A stretch of 32,000 bases of DNA. It comes from Candidatus Saccharimonadota bacterium (GTDB lineage Archaea > Nanohalarchaeota > Nanosalinia > Nanosalinales > Nanosalinaceae). The notes below the pieces were generated by a model. That model had not been told where the DNA came from. It saw only the letters and a program-made list of their open reading frames with translations, and did no database searches. Location: the NCBI RefSeq assembly GCF_029232205.1, contig NZ_CP107255.1, positions 660,001 to 692,000 of the forward strand, read 5' to 3'. Positions 16,882-25,339 of the stretch are shown piece after piece. The stretch's first letter is position 1. Every line of letters begins with the position of its first letter. The translations under genes were made by a program, and so were the position numbers.

Positions 16882-17508
16882 CTACTCTCTGGCTTGGATC
16901 AGGTCAAGAGCAGTAGCATCTTCATTCAGTTCCTGGGTCTCTTCCTGGTGCTTCCGTGAAGTACCCAGCGAAATGGAAAACACGTTTTCAGCTCCTCTCT
17001 TCTTCAGAGTTGAGGCGCCGTTGAGCATGGAAACACCGCTTAAGACGATATTGTCAACAAGTATAACATTTTTTCCTTCCAGATCCTGAAGAACCTCTAG
17101 AGATCCTTCAAGATTAACTACCTTGGCCTTTTCCTTTTCTATTTCATGATTTTGACTTACAGTTTCAGTTCTCCTGATAACCTGTTCAACAGGAATACCA
17201 ACGTCTCCTGCTACATCCAGCACAAGACTCATCATATGCGTATTAAGAGTGCCCTCAGCATGAGCAGGATACAGCGTGATCATATCCCAGTCAAGACCAT
17301 CTTCAGAAAACAACTTCCTGAAAACAGCACCTAGATCCTCTCTAAACCTTTTTTCAATCTCCTTATCGCCATAGGTATAGAACCATACCTGCTTCCGGGA
17401 GAAATCATCCTCTCCATGAGAATCCCTGTCATAATAATCCAGGGCCACTAGTGGCACATTTTCTTCGTAATATCTGGACTTTAGCATCCTAAATTTTGGC
17501 TTAGTCAT
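16882..17508 (-). CDS. ComF/GntX-like phosphoribosyltransferase-domain protein (no zinc finger)
   Basis: PRPP-loop-like GKNVILVDNIVLSGVSMLNGASTLKKRGA. The upstream layout ITLYPAHAEG...GIPVEQVIRRTE...Q...E..KA.NLEGSL parallels ComFC-type proteins. Confidence 0.55.
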   Translation of the reverse strand: MTKPKFRMLKSRYYEENVPLVALDYYDRDSHGEDDFSRKQVWFYTYGDKEIEKRFREDLGAVFRKLFSEDGLDWDMITLYPAHAEGTLNTHMMSLVLDVAGDVGIPVEQVIRRTETVSQNHEIEKEKAKVVNLEGSLEVLQDLEGKNVILVDNIVLSGVSMLNGASTLKKRGAENVFSISLGTSRKHQEETQELNEDATALDLIQARE

Positions 17509-17620
17509 GTCAATAGTTTCTTAACGACTCTATTTAACTAAAGCTATCCTCTAATGTACTAATATACTCCAGTACAATATTTAGACACATGCAACTTCAA
17601 GCTAGCGCTATTTTTCATAA

Positions 17621-18211
17621 CTAGAATTTTTTAAGGTCTGAGGCCCAGTAGCCATCATCTACCGATACCACAAAAGAGGGCGTTTCAAGACAGTAAATTC
17701 TATCAAATAAGTTTTCTAGCATTCCGTAGGCCGTCGATGAGATAAAAGGCGCTGCAAGAGTTAACTGTGAAGAACCGTTTTTGATGCAGGAACCTGCAGC
17801 CGCTGCCGATCTCATACCAGAAGAAACCCCATCATTCAGAACCAGGATATTTTCTCCTTTTACCTGCGGCATTCCCTCATAACCTGCCTGCCGGGCCTTT
17901 TCAACTATCTCTTTTCTCGTGCACTCTGCCTGATCGCTAATATACTCTGGAGAAATCATAAACTCTCTCACCATTGCATCATTCAACCACAGAGTACCAT
18001 CCTGACAGACAGCACCGTAAGTAGGCCCATTCAGTCCTTTAGACAGCTCTGTACAGAAAAGAGGAGAAATCCCCAGATTCAGCTTGTCAGCTACTTTTTC
18101 AGCTACCGGAAGGCCTGTAAAAGAATTAACTATCACTCTGTCAAAATCAGGGTTCTTGGCCTCCAGATAATTTACCATCATTTCCGCTGCATGATCTCGG
18201 TCTCGAAACAT
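17621..18211 (-). CDS. Predicted phosphoribosyltransferase (COG1926-type)
   Basis: MFRDRDHAAEMMVNYLE matches the family N-terminus (F.DR.dAG..LA..L). GENILVLNDGVSSGMRSAAA corresponds to the ..IlVDDGiATGaT.. PRPP loop, with N replacing the first D. C-terminal DGYWASD resembles ..Y.dF.q.sD. Confidence 0.7.
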   Translation of the reverse strand: MFRDRDHAAEMMVNYLEAKNPDFDRVIVNSFTGLPVAEKVADKLNLGISPLFCTELSKGLNGPTYGAVCQDGTLWLNDAMVREFMISPEYISDQAECTRKEIVEKARQAGYEGMPQVKGENILVLNDGVSSGMRSAAAAGSCIKNGSSQLTLAAPFISSTAYGMLENLFDRIYCLETPSFVVSVDDGYWASDLKKF

Positions 18212-18585
18212 ATCTGAAAGGTTGCCGTCGACAACTTAAGCCGAATTTTATTGAATTTTAACTGCATTAAGTAGCTCAGATCAGAACATATCTGAACCGA
18301 CACAACCGTCCGGAAACATACACTGTTCTGTAGGTCTCATTTAAAATCCTCGGTCAGATACTAAAAATACAGAAACAGGAACCAGATACAAGTTTTAGCT
18401 TACAGCATCCTGTTTATTCTCTTAACTAGCTATAAGACTTGAACAGCGATTTCTTACAATCTACAATAATAATGGTTTAATTAAAGGATCAACCATTGGT
18501 CTAATACCCAAAAGACTAAGAAAACCATTTAATATTGTAAATAATGTAAAAATCAGATAGAAAAATGCTTACGGAGGGGATTAAC

Positions 18586-18687
18586 ATGGATGGAAACTCC
18601 AAAATGTTTGAAGTCGAACTCATGGCCTTGAAAGAGGAAAAACTGGAAATAAGAAACAGCCAGCTAAAGGCCTTAACAGCAATTTAG
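18586..18687 (+). CDS. Possible 33-aa micro-ORF (coiled-coil-like)
   Basis: ATG 18586 is preceded by GGAGGGG 7-8 nt upstream. Translation: MDGNSKMFEVELMALKEEKLEIRNSQLKALTAI*. It is too short for the ORF track and has no homology evidence. Confidence 0.25.
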   Translation: MDGNSKMFEVELMALKEEKLEIRNSQLKALTAI

Positions 18688-18690
18688 CTG

Positions 18691-19143
18691 TTAATCTTCT
18701 TTTTTATCATCAAGAGCTCCCAGGAGTTCGCTTCCACGGCCTTCTGGTATCCTGGATGAAATTAAATTATCCATGTAGAAGCAGCAGCCGATAACCCTGC
18801 CATCAAACTCTATTGCAACATATCCTTTCTCATCAAGCTCTCTTTCAATCATCTGGCCGTTAAGCAAATCGCGAAACTCCTCTTCACTAACAGCAACCTT
18901 ATTCTTGCTTATTTCATCCTGCAACAGCTGTAAAAGATAGGTTGTAGGCTTTAAACCAATATCCATTACTCTAACGGCCCGAATACCCTTAGTCTCAGTT
19001 TCATAACCCGATTCTTCTTCAGAACAGAGCCATATATCACCAGAAATTTCTTTCAGCTGTAGGCCTTCAAGATCTTCTTGATTTACGCCAAATCTTTCCT
19101 CCATGTACTCTATGGCACTCTCAGTGTTTTCTGAATTTGGCAA
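18691..19143 (-). CDS. Stand-alone homolog of the RsmF/NSUN C-terminal (PUA-like) domain
   Basis: The C-terminal pattern GYVAIEFDGRVIGCCFYMDNLISSRIPEGRG resembles the RsmF C-terminal l.G.g......lkN..P...R motif, as recalled from memory. It overlaps the upstream methyltransferase gene by 23 nt in a different frame. Confidence 0.5.
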   Translation of the reverse strand: MPNSENTESAIEYMEERFGVNQEDLEGLQLKEISGDIWLCSEEESGYETETKGIRAVRVMDIGLKPTTYLLQLLQDEISKNKVAVSEEEFRDLLNGQMIERELDEKGYVAIEFDGRVIGCCFYMDNLISSRIPEGRGSELLGALDDKKED

Positions 19144-19990
19144 CGAAGATCACCCCCGAATTAACGTGATGCGGATAAACTCTGACTGTTTTGCTCATTT
19201 CGGACCCGTAATCTTTTTCCTGAAACTCTTCTACTCCTCTAACATGTTCGATATCCGTTTCAATACTTTCAAGCTCCAGTTCGGTCTCCTCAACTGCTCT
19301 CTTAACTACAGCTTCATTTTCAAGAGGGCTTATAGTGCATGTGGAGTAAACTACTGTTCCTTCTTCTTTAACCATCTGTGAGGCCTTTTCCAGTATGTGA
19401 AACTGCAGGTTCGATAGATCCTCAGAGTCTCCCTCATCTATGGCAGTAAATGTTTCGTAGAATCTGTCACCTTCACCGCTGCAGGGTGCATCAACCAGTA
19501 TCCTGTCGAACTCTTCTCCAGGCAGTCTTCGGGCATCGTAATTTGTGGCCTCAACAATGGCAGACCCTGTTCTGTAGACATTTGCATGAAGGCTCTTCAT
19601 TCTCTGACCTGATTCATCATTCGCTACTACAAGGCCTTTGTTATCCATTTCTGCTGCTATCTGAGTGGTTTTTCCTCCTGGCGCAGCGCACATGTCGAGT
19701 ATTTTTTCTCCTGGCCCTGGGTCGAGCACTGTTACAGGGAGGGCTGCTGATTCTTCCTGTACGTAGTATTCTCCCATCCAGTGGAGAACTGATTTTCCAG
19801 GAGACTCTGTGTCCAGTCTGTAGATTCCTTCAGCCCAGTCAACCTCTTCAAAATCGAATCTTTCAGCCAGTTTTTCCTCAAAATCCTCTCTGGCCTTTAG
19901 AGGGTTTTTTCTGACAGCATTCACGGGATGCTTATCTCTTTCCGCCTCGAAGGCCTCCCAGTCATCTATGATAGGTTTGTACTTTTCCAT
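19121..19990 (-). CDS. NOL1/NOP2/Sun-family RNA (cytosine-C5) methyltransferase catalytic domain
   Basis: SAM motif ILDMCAAPGGKT. Motif IV ILVDAPCSGEG. Motif VI VVYSTCTISPLENE. Ends with ..RVYPHHVNSGVIFVAKFRKH, a typical domain end. Confidence 0.9.
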   Translation of the reverse strand: MEKYKPIIDDWEAFEAERDKHPVNAVRKNPLKAREDFEEKLAERFDFEEVDWAEGIYRLDTESPGKSVLHWMGEYYVQEESAALPVTVLDPGPGEKILDMCAAPGGKTTQIAAEMDNKGLVVANDESGQRMKSLHANVYRTGSAIVEATNYDARRLPGEEFDRILVDAPCSGEGDRFYETFTAIDEGDSEDLSNLQFHILEKASQMVKEEGTVVYSTCTISPLENEAVVKRAVEETELELESIETDIEHVRGVEEFQEKDYGSEMSKTVRVYPHHVNSGVIFVAKFRKH

Positions 19991-20190
19991 GTAGAGCTGT
20001 TGGTTGCGAAGTTTTTTAGAATAGTTTACAGCCTCTCAGATAGATTTACTGTATAATCTGCTGAGAGCCATGCTTTGGTTGCGAAACCAGCTATTCTGAA
20101 TATTTCACAGGGAAGTTTTCAAATTCTTGTTCGTTGACTGTCGAACAATAGAAGAAGTTTTTTAACTTGAGGGCTGTTCAAGTCTGTATT

Positions 20191-21306
20191 ATGAAACGTA
20201 AACTAGTATTCGCAGCGTTTTTAATGATTTTATTTGGTTCTGTAGCATACTCTGCTACGGATTACACCGAGGATTTTAAAATACAGCTTGAGTCCACTGA
20301 ACAGCTGGGTGATTATGAATTGCGGTTTTTCACATCCGAGGCACAGAATGGTTCTGCAACGCTGCAGTATGTAGACATTGAAGGAGATCAGAGCGTTATC
20401 AAGGGCCATTTGCGCGGCGAAGAGCTACGTAATTCTGTTGGGGAGAGGGTTGAAGTCGATGAGAATTTTTCCTTCACAGTAAAGGATGTCAATTTCGTGG
20501 AGGAGTACGTTGAGCTTGAGGTAACGACTTCTCGAGACGCTTTTGCCTCCTCAGAACTCAGTTCAGATCTTCCTCAGAGAATACTTATATCGCAGGACGG
20601 TACAGAAACAGTCTCGGTACAGCTGGAGAACACCGGTGTAGTGAACCAGACATTCAATCTCAGCAGCAAGGCCTCTCCCGGTATATCCACCAGGTTCAGC
20701 TACCAGGGCTTCAACGTTTCAAACATCTTTGTTCCGTCGGGAGAGGAAAAAACTATCAACACTAGGATCGAGGCAGCTGAGGAAACTGATATAGGCCTTC
20801 AAAATCTTACTATTGTGGCGGATAGCGGTCAGACTAGGGCAGATGAAAGACTTCTGTTGTCAATAATTGAGAGGCAGGAAAGTGAGGAAGAGATCTCACG
20901 TATGAGTCTTAATCTGGCAGAGCAGTACAAGAGAACAAGTCCAGGAGAGGAACTTACTGTACCTGTCACAGTTAGAAACAGTGGCCGCACTACACTAGAT
21001 AATGTGAACATAACTGTGGAAGGTCCTGAAGGCTGGGAGTCAGAGATAAGGCCTAGTGAAATCAGCAGCATGGAGAGATTTCGCAGTTCGCGCGTTACAG
21101 TCACTATAAATCCGCCAGCTAATGTAGAATCCGGAGACTACTTTGTTGATGTCAGCGCCTCCTCCGATCAGGTTGGCGTAGAGGAGCCAGAAAGATTAAG
21201 AGTTAACATATCTGAGAAAAGCGGGCTACGCTACGTTGGGGTTGGTCTGATGGCCTTCAGCCTCCTAGCTCTTGTACTAGTTTACAGGAGATTTGGCAGG
21301 AGGTGA
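20191..21306 (+). CDS. Secreted, C-terminally anchored NEW3/CARDB-like (COG1470-type) surface protein
   Basis: Signal peptide MKRKLVFAAFLMILFGSVAYSA from ATG 20191; the track's start at 20167 is TTG. Two repeats of the pattern ..V.V.N.G......v.....P.GW......i..l......v.v.i..P.....GDY.v.v.a. C-terminal TM segment plus an RRFGRR anchor. Confidence 0.65.
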   Translation: MKRKLVFAAFLMILFGSVAYSATDYTEDFKIQLESTEQLGDYELRFFTSEAQNGSATLQYVDIEGDQSVIKGHLRGEELRNSVGERVEVDENFSFTVKDVNFVEEYVELEVTTSRDAFASSELSSDLPQRILISQDGTETVSVQLENTGVVNQTFNLSSKASPGISTRFSYQGFNVSNIFVPSGEEKTINTRIEAAEETDIGLQNLTIVADSGQTRADERLLLSIIERQESEEEISRMSLNLAEQYKRTSPGEELTVPVTVRNSGRTTLDNVNITVEGPEGWESEIRPSEISSMERFRSSRVTVTINPPANVESGDYFVDVSASSDQVGVEEPERLRVNISEKSGLRYVGVGLMAFSLLALVLVYRRFGRR

Positions 21307-21312
21307 GAAATC

Positions 21313-22206
21313 TTGATACTTGAACTTGATGAAGTCAGGAAAAGCTACGGAGAACATGAGGTGCTGAAAGGAGTCAACCTGGAAGTAGAGAAGGGAGAAA
21401 TATACGGCTTGCTCGGACCCAACGGCGCAGGAAAGACCACTCTCTTCCAAACAGTTATGGGCCTACTGAAGCCTGATAGCGGAAGTATTAAAGTGAAGGA
21501 CAGGCCTCACGACCAGGGAAAAGAGATCAAGAGAATGATCGGATACTTGCCTTCAGATATCAGCTTCTACGATGACATGTCTGCAAGAGCGAACTTGGAG
21601 TATTTCGCAAATCTCGCTGATAGAGATCCTGACATCGACGAGCTACTTGAGCTAGTAGATCTTACTGGCGACCAGGATAGAAAAGTAGGCGAGTTCTCTA
21701 CAGGTATGAAGAAAAGACTGGGGATTGCACAGGCCCTTCTGAAAGATCCAGAACTGGCTATATTTGATGAACCAACTACAGGCCTCGATCCAGAAGGAAA
21801 AAACAGGTTCAGAAAACACGTTGAAAAGATTAATAGAGAGAAAGATACGACAGTCATTATTTCCTCGCATATAACAGGTGAAATCTCTCCTCTATGCGAT
21901 AGATTTGGCATACTGAATGAGGGCGTTATCAAGGCTTCGGGTACGAAGGACGAACTGAGCAGAAAAGCAGGCACCAGTCTTGAGATAGAACTGGAGGCCA
22001 AGAACCCTGATAAAGCAGAGAAAGTTGTCAAAAGCCTTGTAGATAGTTACAGCAGAGATGAAGACGTATTTGAAATTTATTCAGATAGAGATAGATCCAG
22101 TATTCTTAAGCACCTCGTAGATAACGGTGTTAAGGTCAAAAGCTTCGAGTTAAAGGAGTCTACGCTCGAATCAACATACCTTGAACTAACGGAGGCAGAC
22201 CGATAA
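21313..22206 (+). CDS. ABC transporter ATP-binding protein (ABC-2/CcmA-type)
   Basis: Walker A GPNGAGKTT, signature STGMKKRLGIA, Walker B LAIFDEPTTGLD, H-loop SSHI. TTG start preceded by GGAGGTGA. Confidence 0.9.
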   Translation: MILELDEVRKSYGEHEVLKGVNLEVEKGEIYGLLGPNGAGKTTLFQTVMGLLKPDSGSIKVKDRPHDQGKEIKRMIGYLPSDISFYDDMSARANLEYFANLADRDPDIDELLELVDLTGDQDRKVGEFSTGMKKRLGIAQALLKDPELAIFDEPTTGLDPEGKNRFRKHVEKINREKDTTVIISSHITGEISPLCDRFGILNEGVIKASGTKDELSRKAGTSLEIELEAKNPDKAEKVVKSLVDSYSRDEDVFEIYSDRDRSSILKHLVDNGVKVKSFELKESTLESTYLELTEADR

Positions 22207-22207
22207 A

Positions 22208-23227
22208 ATGGGATCTATGTGGGATATCGGAAGGAAAGAACTAGAGGATAGCTTCTCCAGTCGAAGATTTATAGCAGTTATAGGCCTTTTCGTGATCCTA
22301 TCTCTGGCCTCGGTCTACATGGGTGTGCAGAACTATCAGCAACAGGTAGATAACTTCGGCGGTGGCGGAATCTACGGTAGCGCACCCGAGCTCCCTACGC
22401 TTATCGATATATTCACGCCGCTTTTCAACTTCAACATGCCACTGACGGCAGGGATTCTCGGCCTGTTGCTTAGCTATGACTATATTTCACGTGAAAGAGA
22501 AGAAGGAACCATAGAACTACTTTTATCGTATCCACTGTACCGAGATGAGATAATTAATGGAAAACTAGTCTCCGGAATATTCACAGTGGCCTTATCGCTA
22601 CTGGCAGCATTTACAATTTCATCAGGCCTTGCAATCTATATGACAGGGCTTGTACCAGGCATAGAAGCAGTTTCACGGTTATCAATGATCTGGCTGGGAA
22701 CAGTAGTATACATCACGTTCTTCCTCGGCCTTGGAACGCTACTGTCAACCCTCTTCAGTTCTCGTTGGCGTTCGCTTGCTACAGGAATCTTCCTGCTACT
22801 ATTTTTCATCGGCACGCCGTTTATCACCGGTATAGCAGCCGACCACATCTACGAATATAATCCAGGCCAGCAACCGGCACCAGGAAATCCTGGTATTGCC
22901 AGCGGTAGAGCAGTTAGTGGGGGAACAGCTGTAGAAAGAGGTATAGCAGTTGACCGACCTTCAATCGATGATGGAAACTCAGGGCCAAGCAGAGAGGAGA
23001 TAGAGGCGAAGAAAGAACGTTTCGTATCAACAGTATCTCGAGTATCTCCTTCGGCAAGTTATCAGAACTACGTCAACACCATGATAGGAGAGCAAAATGA
23101 GGAAGGCCTTGAACCGACTTTCAGCGAAAGCCTATCCTCGTCCTTTGGCTACATAATATACCTGATAAGCCAGACTTCACTAGTGCTCACAGCAGCCTAC
23201 GGAGTATTCCTTCGACAGGATCTCTAG
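22208..23227 (+). CDS. ABC-2-type transporter permease
   Basis: Starts 1 nt after the ATPase stop. Multiple hydrophobic segments. A Gly/Pro-rich extracytoplasmic insert lies before the last TM segment. Confidence 0.7.
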   Translation: MGSMWDIGRKELEDSFSSRRFIAVIGLFVILSLASVYMGVQNYQQQVDNFGGGGIYGSAPELPTLIDIFTPLFNFNMPLTAGILGLLLSYDYISREREEGTIELLLSYPLYRDEIINGKLVSGIFTVALSLLAAFTISSGLAIYMTGLVPGIEAVSRLSMIWLGTVVYITFFLGLGTLLSTLFSSRWRSLATGIFLLLFFIGTPFITGIAADHIYEYNPGQQPAPGNPGIASGRAVSGGTAVERGIAVDRPSIDDGNSGPSREEIEAKKERFVSTVSRVSPSASYQNYVNTMIGEQNEEGLEPTFSESLSSSFGYIIYLISQTSLVLTAAYGVFLRQDL

Positions 23228-23796
23228 AAATCCGTGAACTTTTTCTGCCCGGACTCCTCTTTCCCAAAGGCCTTTCTCAGGTCTTTCTCAAGTTCAGGGC
23301 CTTTGCTTCTGTCGTAGAGGGTTGCTGCGGGATGGTATACCGGCATTATCTTCTGGCCTTCACGTGTGAATACTCTGCCGTGGATCTTGCTGATTCCTTT
23401 TGAGGTGTCCAGCATGTGTTTTGATGCAAAGTTTCCAAGTGTTACGATCATGTCCGGTGCAACATTCTCTATCTCCTGTTCAAGCAGCGGTGCCCAGGCC
23501 TCTATCTCATCGCTTCTCGGATCTCTGTTGTCTGGAGGTCTTATTTTCACAAGGTTTGTAATGTAGATTTCTTCTCTTTCCACATCGATATCGTGCAGTA
23601 TGTCGTTCATTCTTTCTCCTGCTCTGCCGACGAATGGCTCTCCTTCCTCTACTTCGTTGGCGCCAGGGGCCTCTCCTATCATCATTACTTTTGCATCTTC
23701 AGGGCCTACTGCGGGCACGAATCTTTTTTCGTTCCAGTAGTTGGGGTGCAGGGTTTCGAAGAAATCCGAGTATTTCTCTCTGAATTCGTCGCTCAT
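23224..23796 (-). CDS. Uracil-DNA glycosylase, family 4-like, lacking all Fe-S cysteines
   Basis: Motif A MIGEAPGANEVEEGEPFVGRAGERMNDIL. Central ITNLVKIRPPDNRDP corresponds to TN.VKCRPP.NR.P in the family. Motif B VYHPAATLY. The protein contains no Cys. Confidence 0.8.
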   Translation of the reverse strand: MSDEFREKYSDFFETLHPNYWNEKRFVPAVGPEDAKVMMIGEAPGANEVEEGEPFVGRAGERMNDILHDIDVEREEIYITNLVKIRPPDNRDPRSDEIEAWAPLLEQEIENVAPDMIVTLGNFASKHMLDTSKGISKIHGRVFTREGQKIMPVYHPAATLYDRSKGPELEKDLRKAFGKEESGQKKFTDF

Positions 23797-23881
23797 ATCT
23801 AGCTTTGAGAGGTTAAGCTATTTTTATTTTGCAGGGCCTGGAATGATTTGAGTTATAAGTTTCGCAGGGCAAACATTGGAT

Positions 23882-24451
23882 ATGTCAGTTGTTGTATATG
23901 CTCTCGGCGGATTCGTACTTTTACTGGTCCTGATGACCGTTTATTACTACAACAGGATTGTCAAACTGGAGAACCGTGTGGACAATGCGTGGGCCCAGAT
24001 TGATGTCCAGTTGAAGAAGAGAGCAGATCTTGTTCCAAACCTTGTAGAGACCGTTGAAGGCTACATGGAGCACGAAAGAGATGTAATGGACAAAGTTTCC
24101 GAGTCCAGAGAAAAAATGATGAACGCACAGAGTCCGGCGGAAGAAGCAGAGGCAGGGAATGAGATGGGACAGGCCCTGAAAAGTCTCTTCGCAGTTGCAG
24201 AGGATTATCCGGATCTGAAGGCCTCTCAGAACTTTAGAGAGCTACAGGAAGAACTTGCAAGAATCGAAAATAAGATTGCATACGCCAGGCAGCATTACAA
24301 TGACTCGATTATGACTTTCAACAACGCAATCGAAACTTTCCCAGCAGTAGTATTTGCAAACATGTTTGGAAAGGCCGAGAAAGATCAGCTTGAGATTGAA
24401 ACTGCTGACAAAGAGATTCCTGAAGTAGACTTCAGCGGAGACGAAAAATAA
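23882..24451 (+). CDS. lemA: LemA family protein
   Basis: N-terminal TM segment, then YYNRIVKLENRVDNAWAQIDVQLKKRADLVPNLVETVEGY and ..YARQHYNDSIMTFNNAIETFP, the canonical LemA pattern. ATG at 23882 is in frame with the track's TTG at 23876. Confidence 0.9.
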   Translation: MSVVVYALGGFVLLLVLMTVYYYNRIVKLENRVDNAWAQIDVQLKKRADLVPNLVETVEGYMEHERDVMDKVSESREKMMNAQSPAEEAEAGNEMGQALKSLFAVAEDYPDLKASQNFRELQEELARIENKIAYARQHYNDSIMTFNNAIETFPAVVFANMFGKAEKDQLEIETADKEIPEVDFSGDEK

Positions 24452-24464
24452 AGGCCTGATCGCT

Positions 24465-25331
24465 ATGATGCTGGAAGATCAGATCGCCTGGAACCGCAGA
24501 AAAAGTTACTTGCTTCTTTTTATAGTTCCAGTTATTCTTCTGGCCCTGATTTTTGTATCAGGAAGTATTTTTGTGCCGCGGGCCTCACCGTTCCTGATAC
24601 TGGCTGCAGGTTCCGGTATCTCAGTTTTGTACGTGCTTTTTTCGTATTTCAAGAGCGATGAAATGATTTTATCGGTTGTAGGAGCCGAACCAGCTGACAG
24701 AGAGAAACACGACCAGCTCTATGACTTGATGGAGGGCCTGACTATTTCCTCAGGGATGGAGATGCCGGAGCTGTATGTTCAGGATAAACCCGGCATCAAT
24801 GCTTTTGCCACCGGCCGCAAGCCCGAGGATGGAAAAGTATGTGTGACTGCCGGCGCACTTGAGAAGCTTGATCAGGACGAGCTGGAAGGTGTTCTGGCCC
24901 ACGAACTGGCCCACATTCAGAACTACGACATACTGTTTATGACTGTTGCTGTTGCCTTGATCGGTGTAATCAGTATTTTAAGCGAGCTGCTTCTTCACAG
25001 CATGTACTTTGGTGGAGACGATAACTCTCCACCATGGCTTGTGGTCGCAGGTTTTGCACTGGCCATACTGGCCCCTATCTCCGCGAGAATGGTACAGCTG
25101 GCTATGAGCCGTAAAAGAGAATACCTTGCTGATGCATCTGGAGCGCAGATGACACGTTATCCTGAAGGCCTTGCATCAGCTCTGGAGAAAATACAGAATG
25201 AAAACTCATCTATGAAGGTTAACAAGGCAGTCAGCCATCTTTACTTCTCCAATCCTCTCGGCAACAAAAAGAACTTTTTCTCGACTCACCCTCCGCTAGA
25301 GCAGAGGATTGAAAGATTGCGGAACATGTAG
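24465..25331 (+). CDS. htpX: HtpX-like M48 zinc metalloprotease
   Basis: Two N-terminal TM segments, HELAHIQNYD (HExxH), two further TM segments, EYLADASGAQ (third ligand Glu region), C-terminal THPPLEQRIERL. Confidence 0.9.
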   Translation: MMLEDQIAWNRRKSYLLLFIVPVILLALIFVSGSIFVPRASPFLILAAGSGISVLYVLFSYFKSDEMILSVVGAEPADREKHDQLYDLMEGLTISSGMEMPELYVQDKPGINAFATGRKPEDGKVCVTAGALEKLDQDELEGVLAHELAHIQNYDILFMTVAVALIGVISILSELLLHSMYFGGDDNSPPWLVVAGFALAILAPISARMVQLAMSRKREYLADASGAQMTRYPEGLASALEKIQNENSSMKVNKAVSHLYFSNPLGNKKNFFSTHPPLEQRIERLRNM

Positions 25332-25339
25332 AAACGAAC

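Noticed and set aside
18271-18300. GTAGCTCAGATCAGAACA resembles a tRNA D-arm.
   Set aside because: No acceptor stem, anticodon arm or GTTCRANYC T-loop follows, so it cannot fold as a cloverleaf.
18212-18585. AT-rich gap as a replication origin (one TCCGGAAAC element vaguely like an ORB core).
   Set aside because: There is only a single weak ORB-like element, no repeated ORB pairs, and no adjacent orc1/cdc6 gene in the window. It is kept only as an unexplained non-coding gap.
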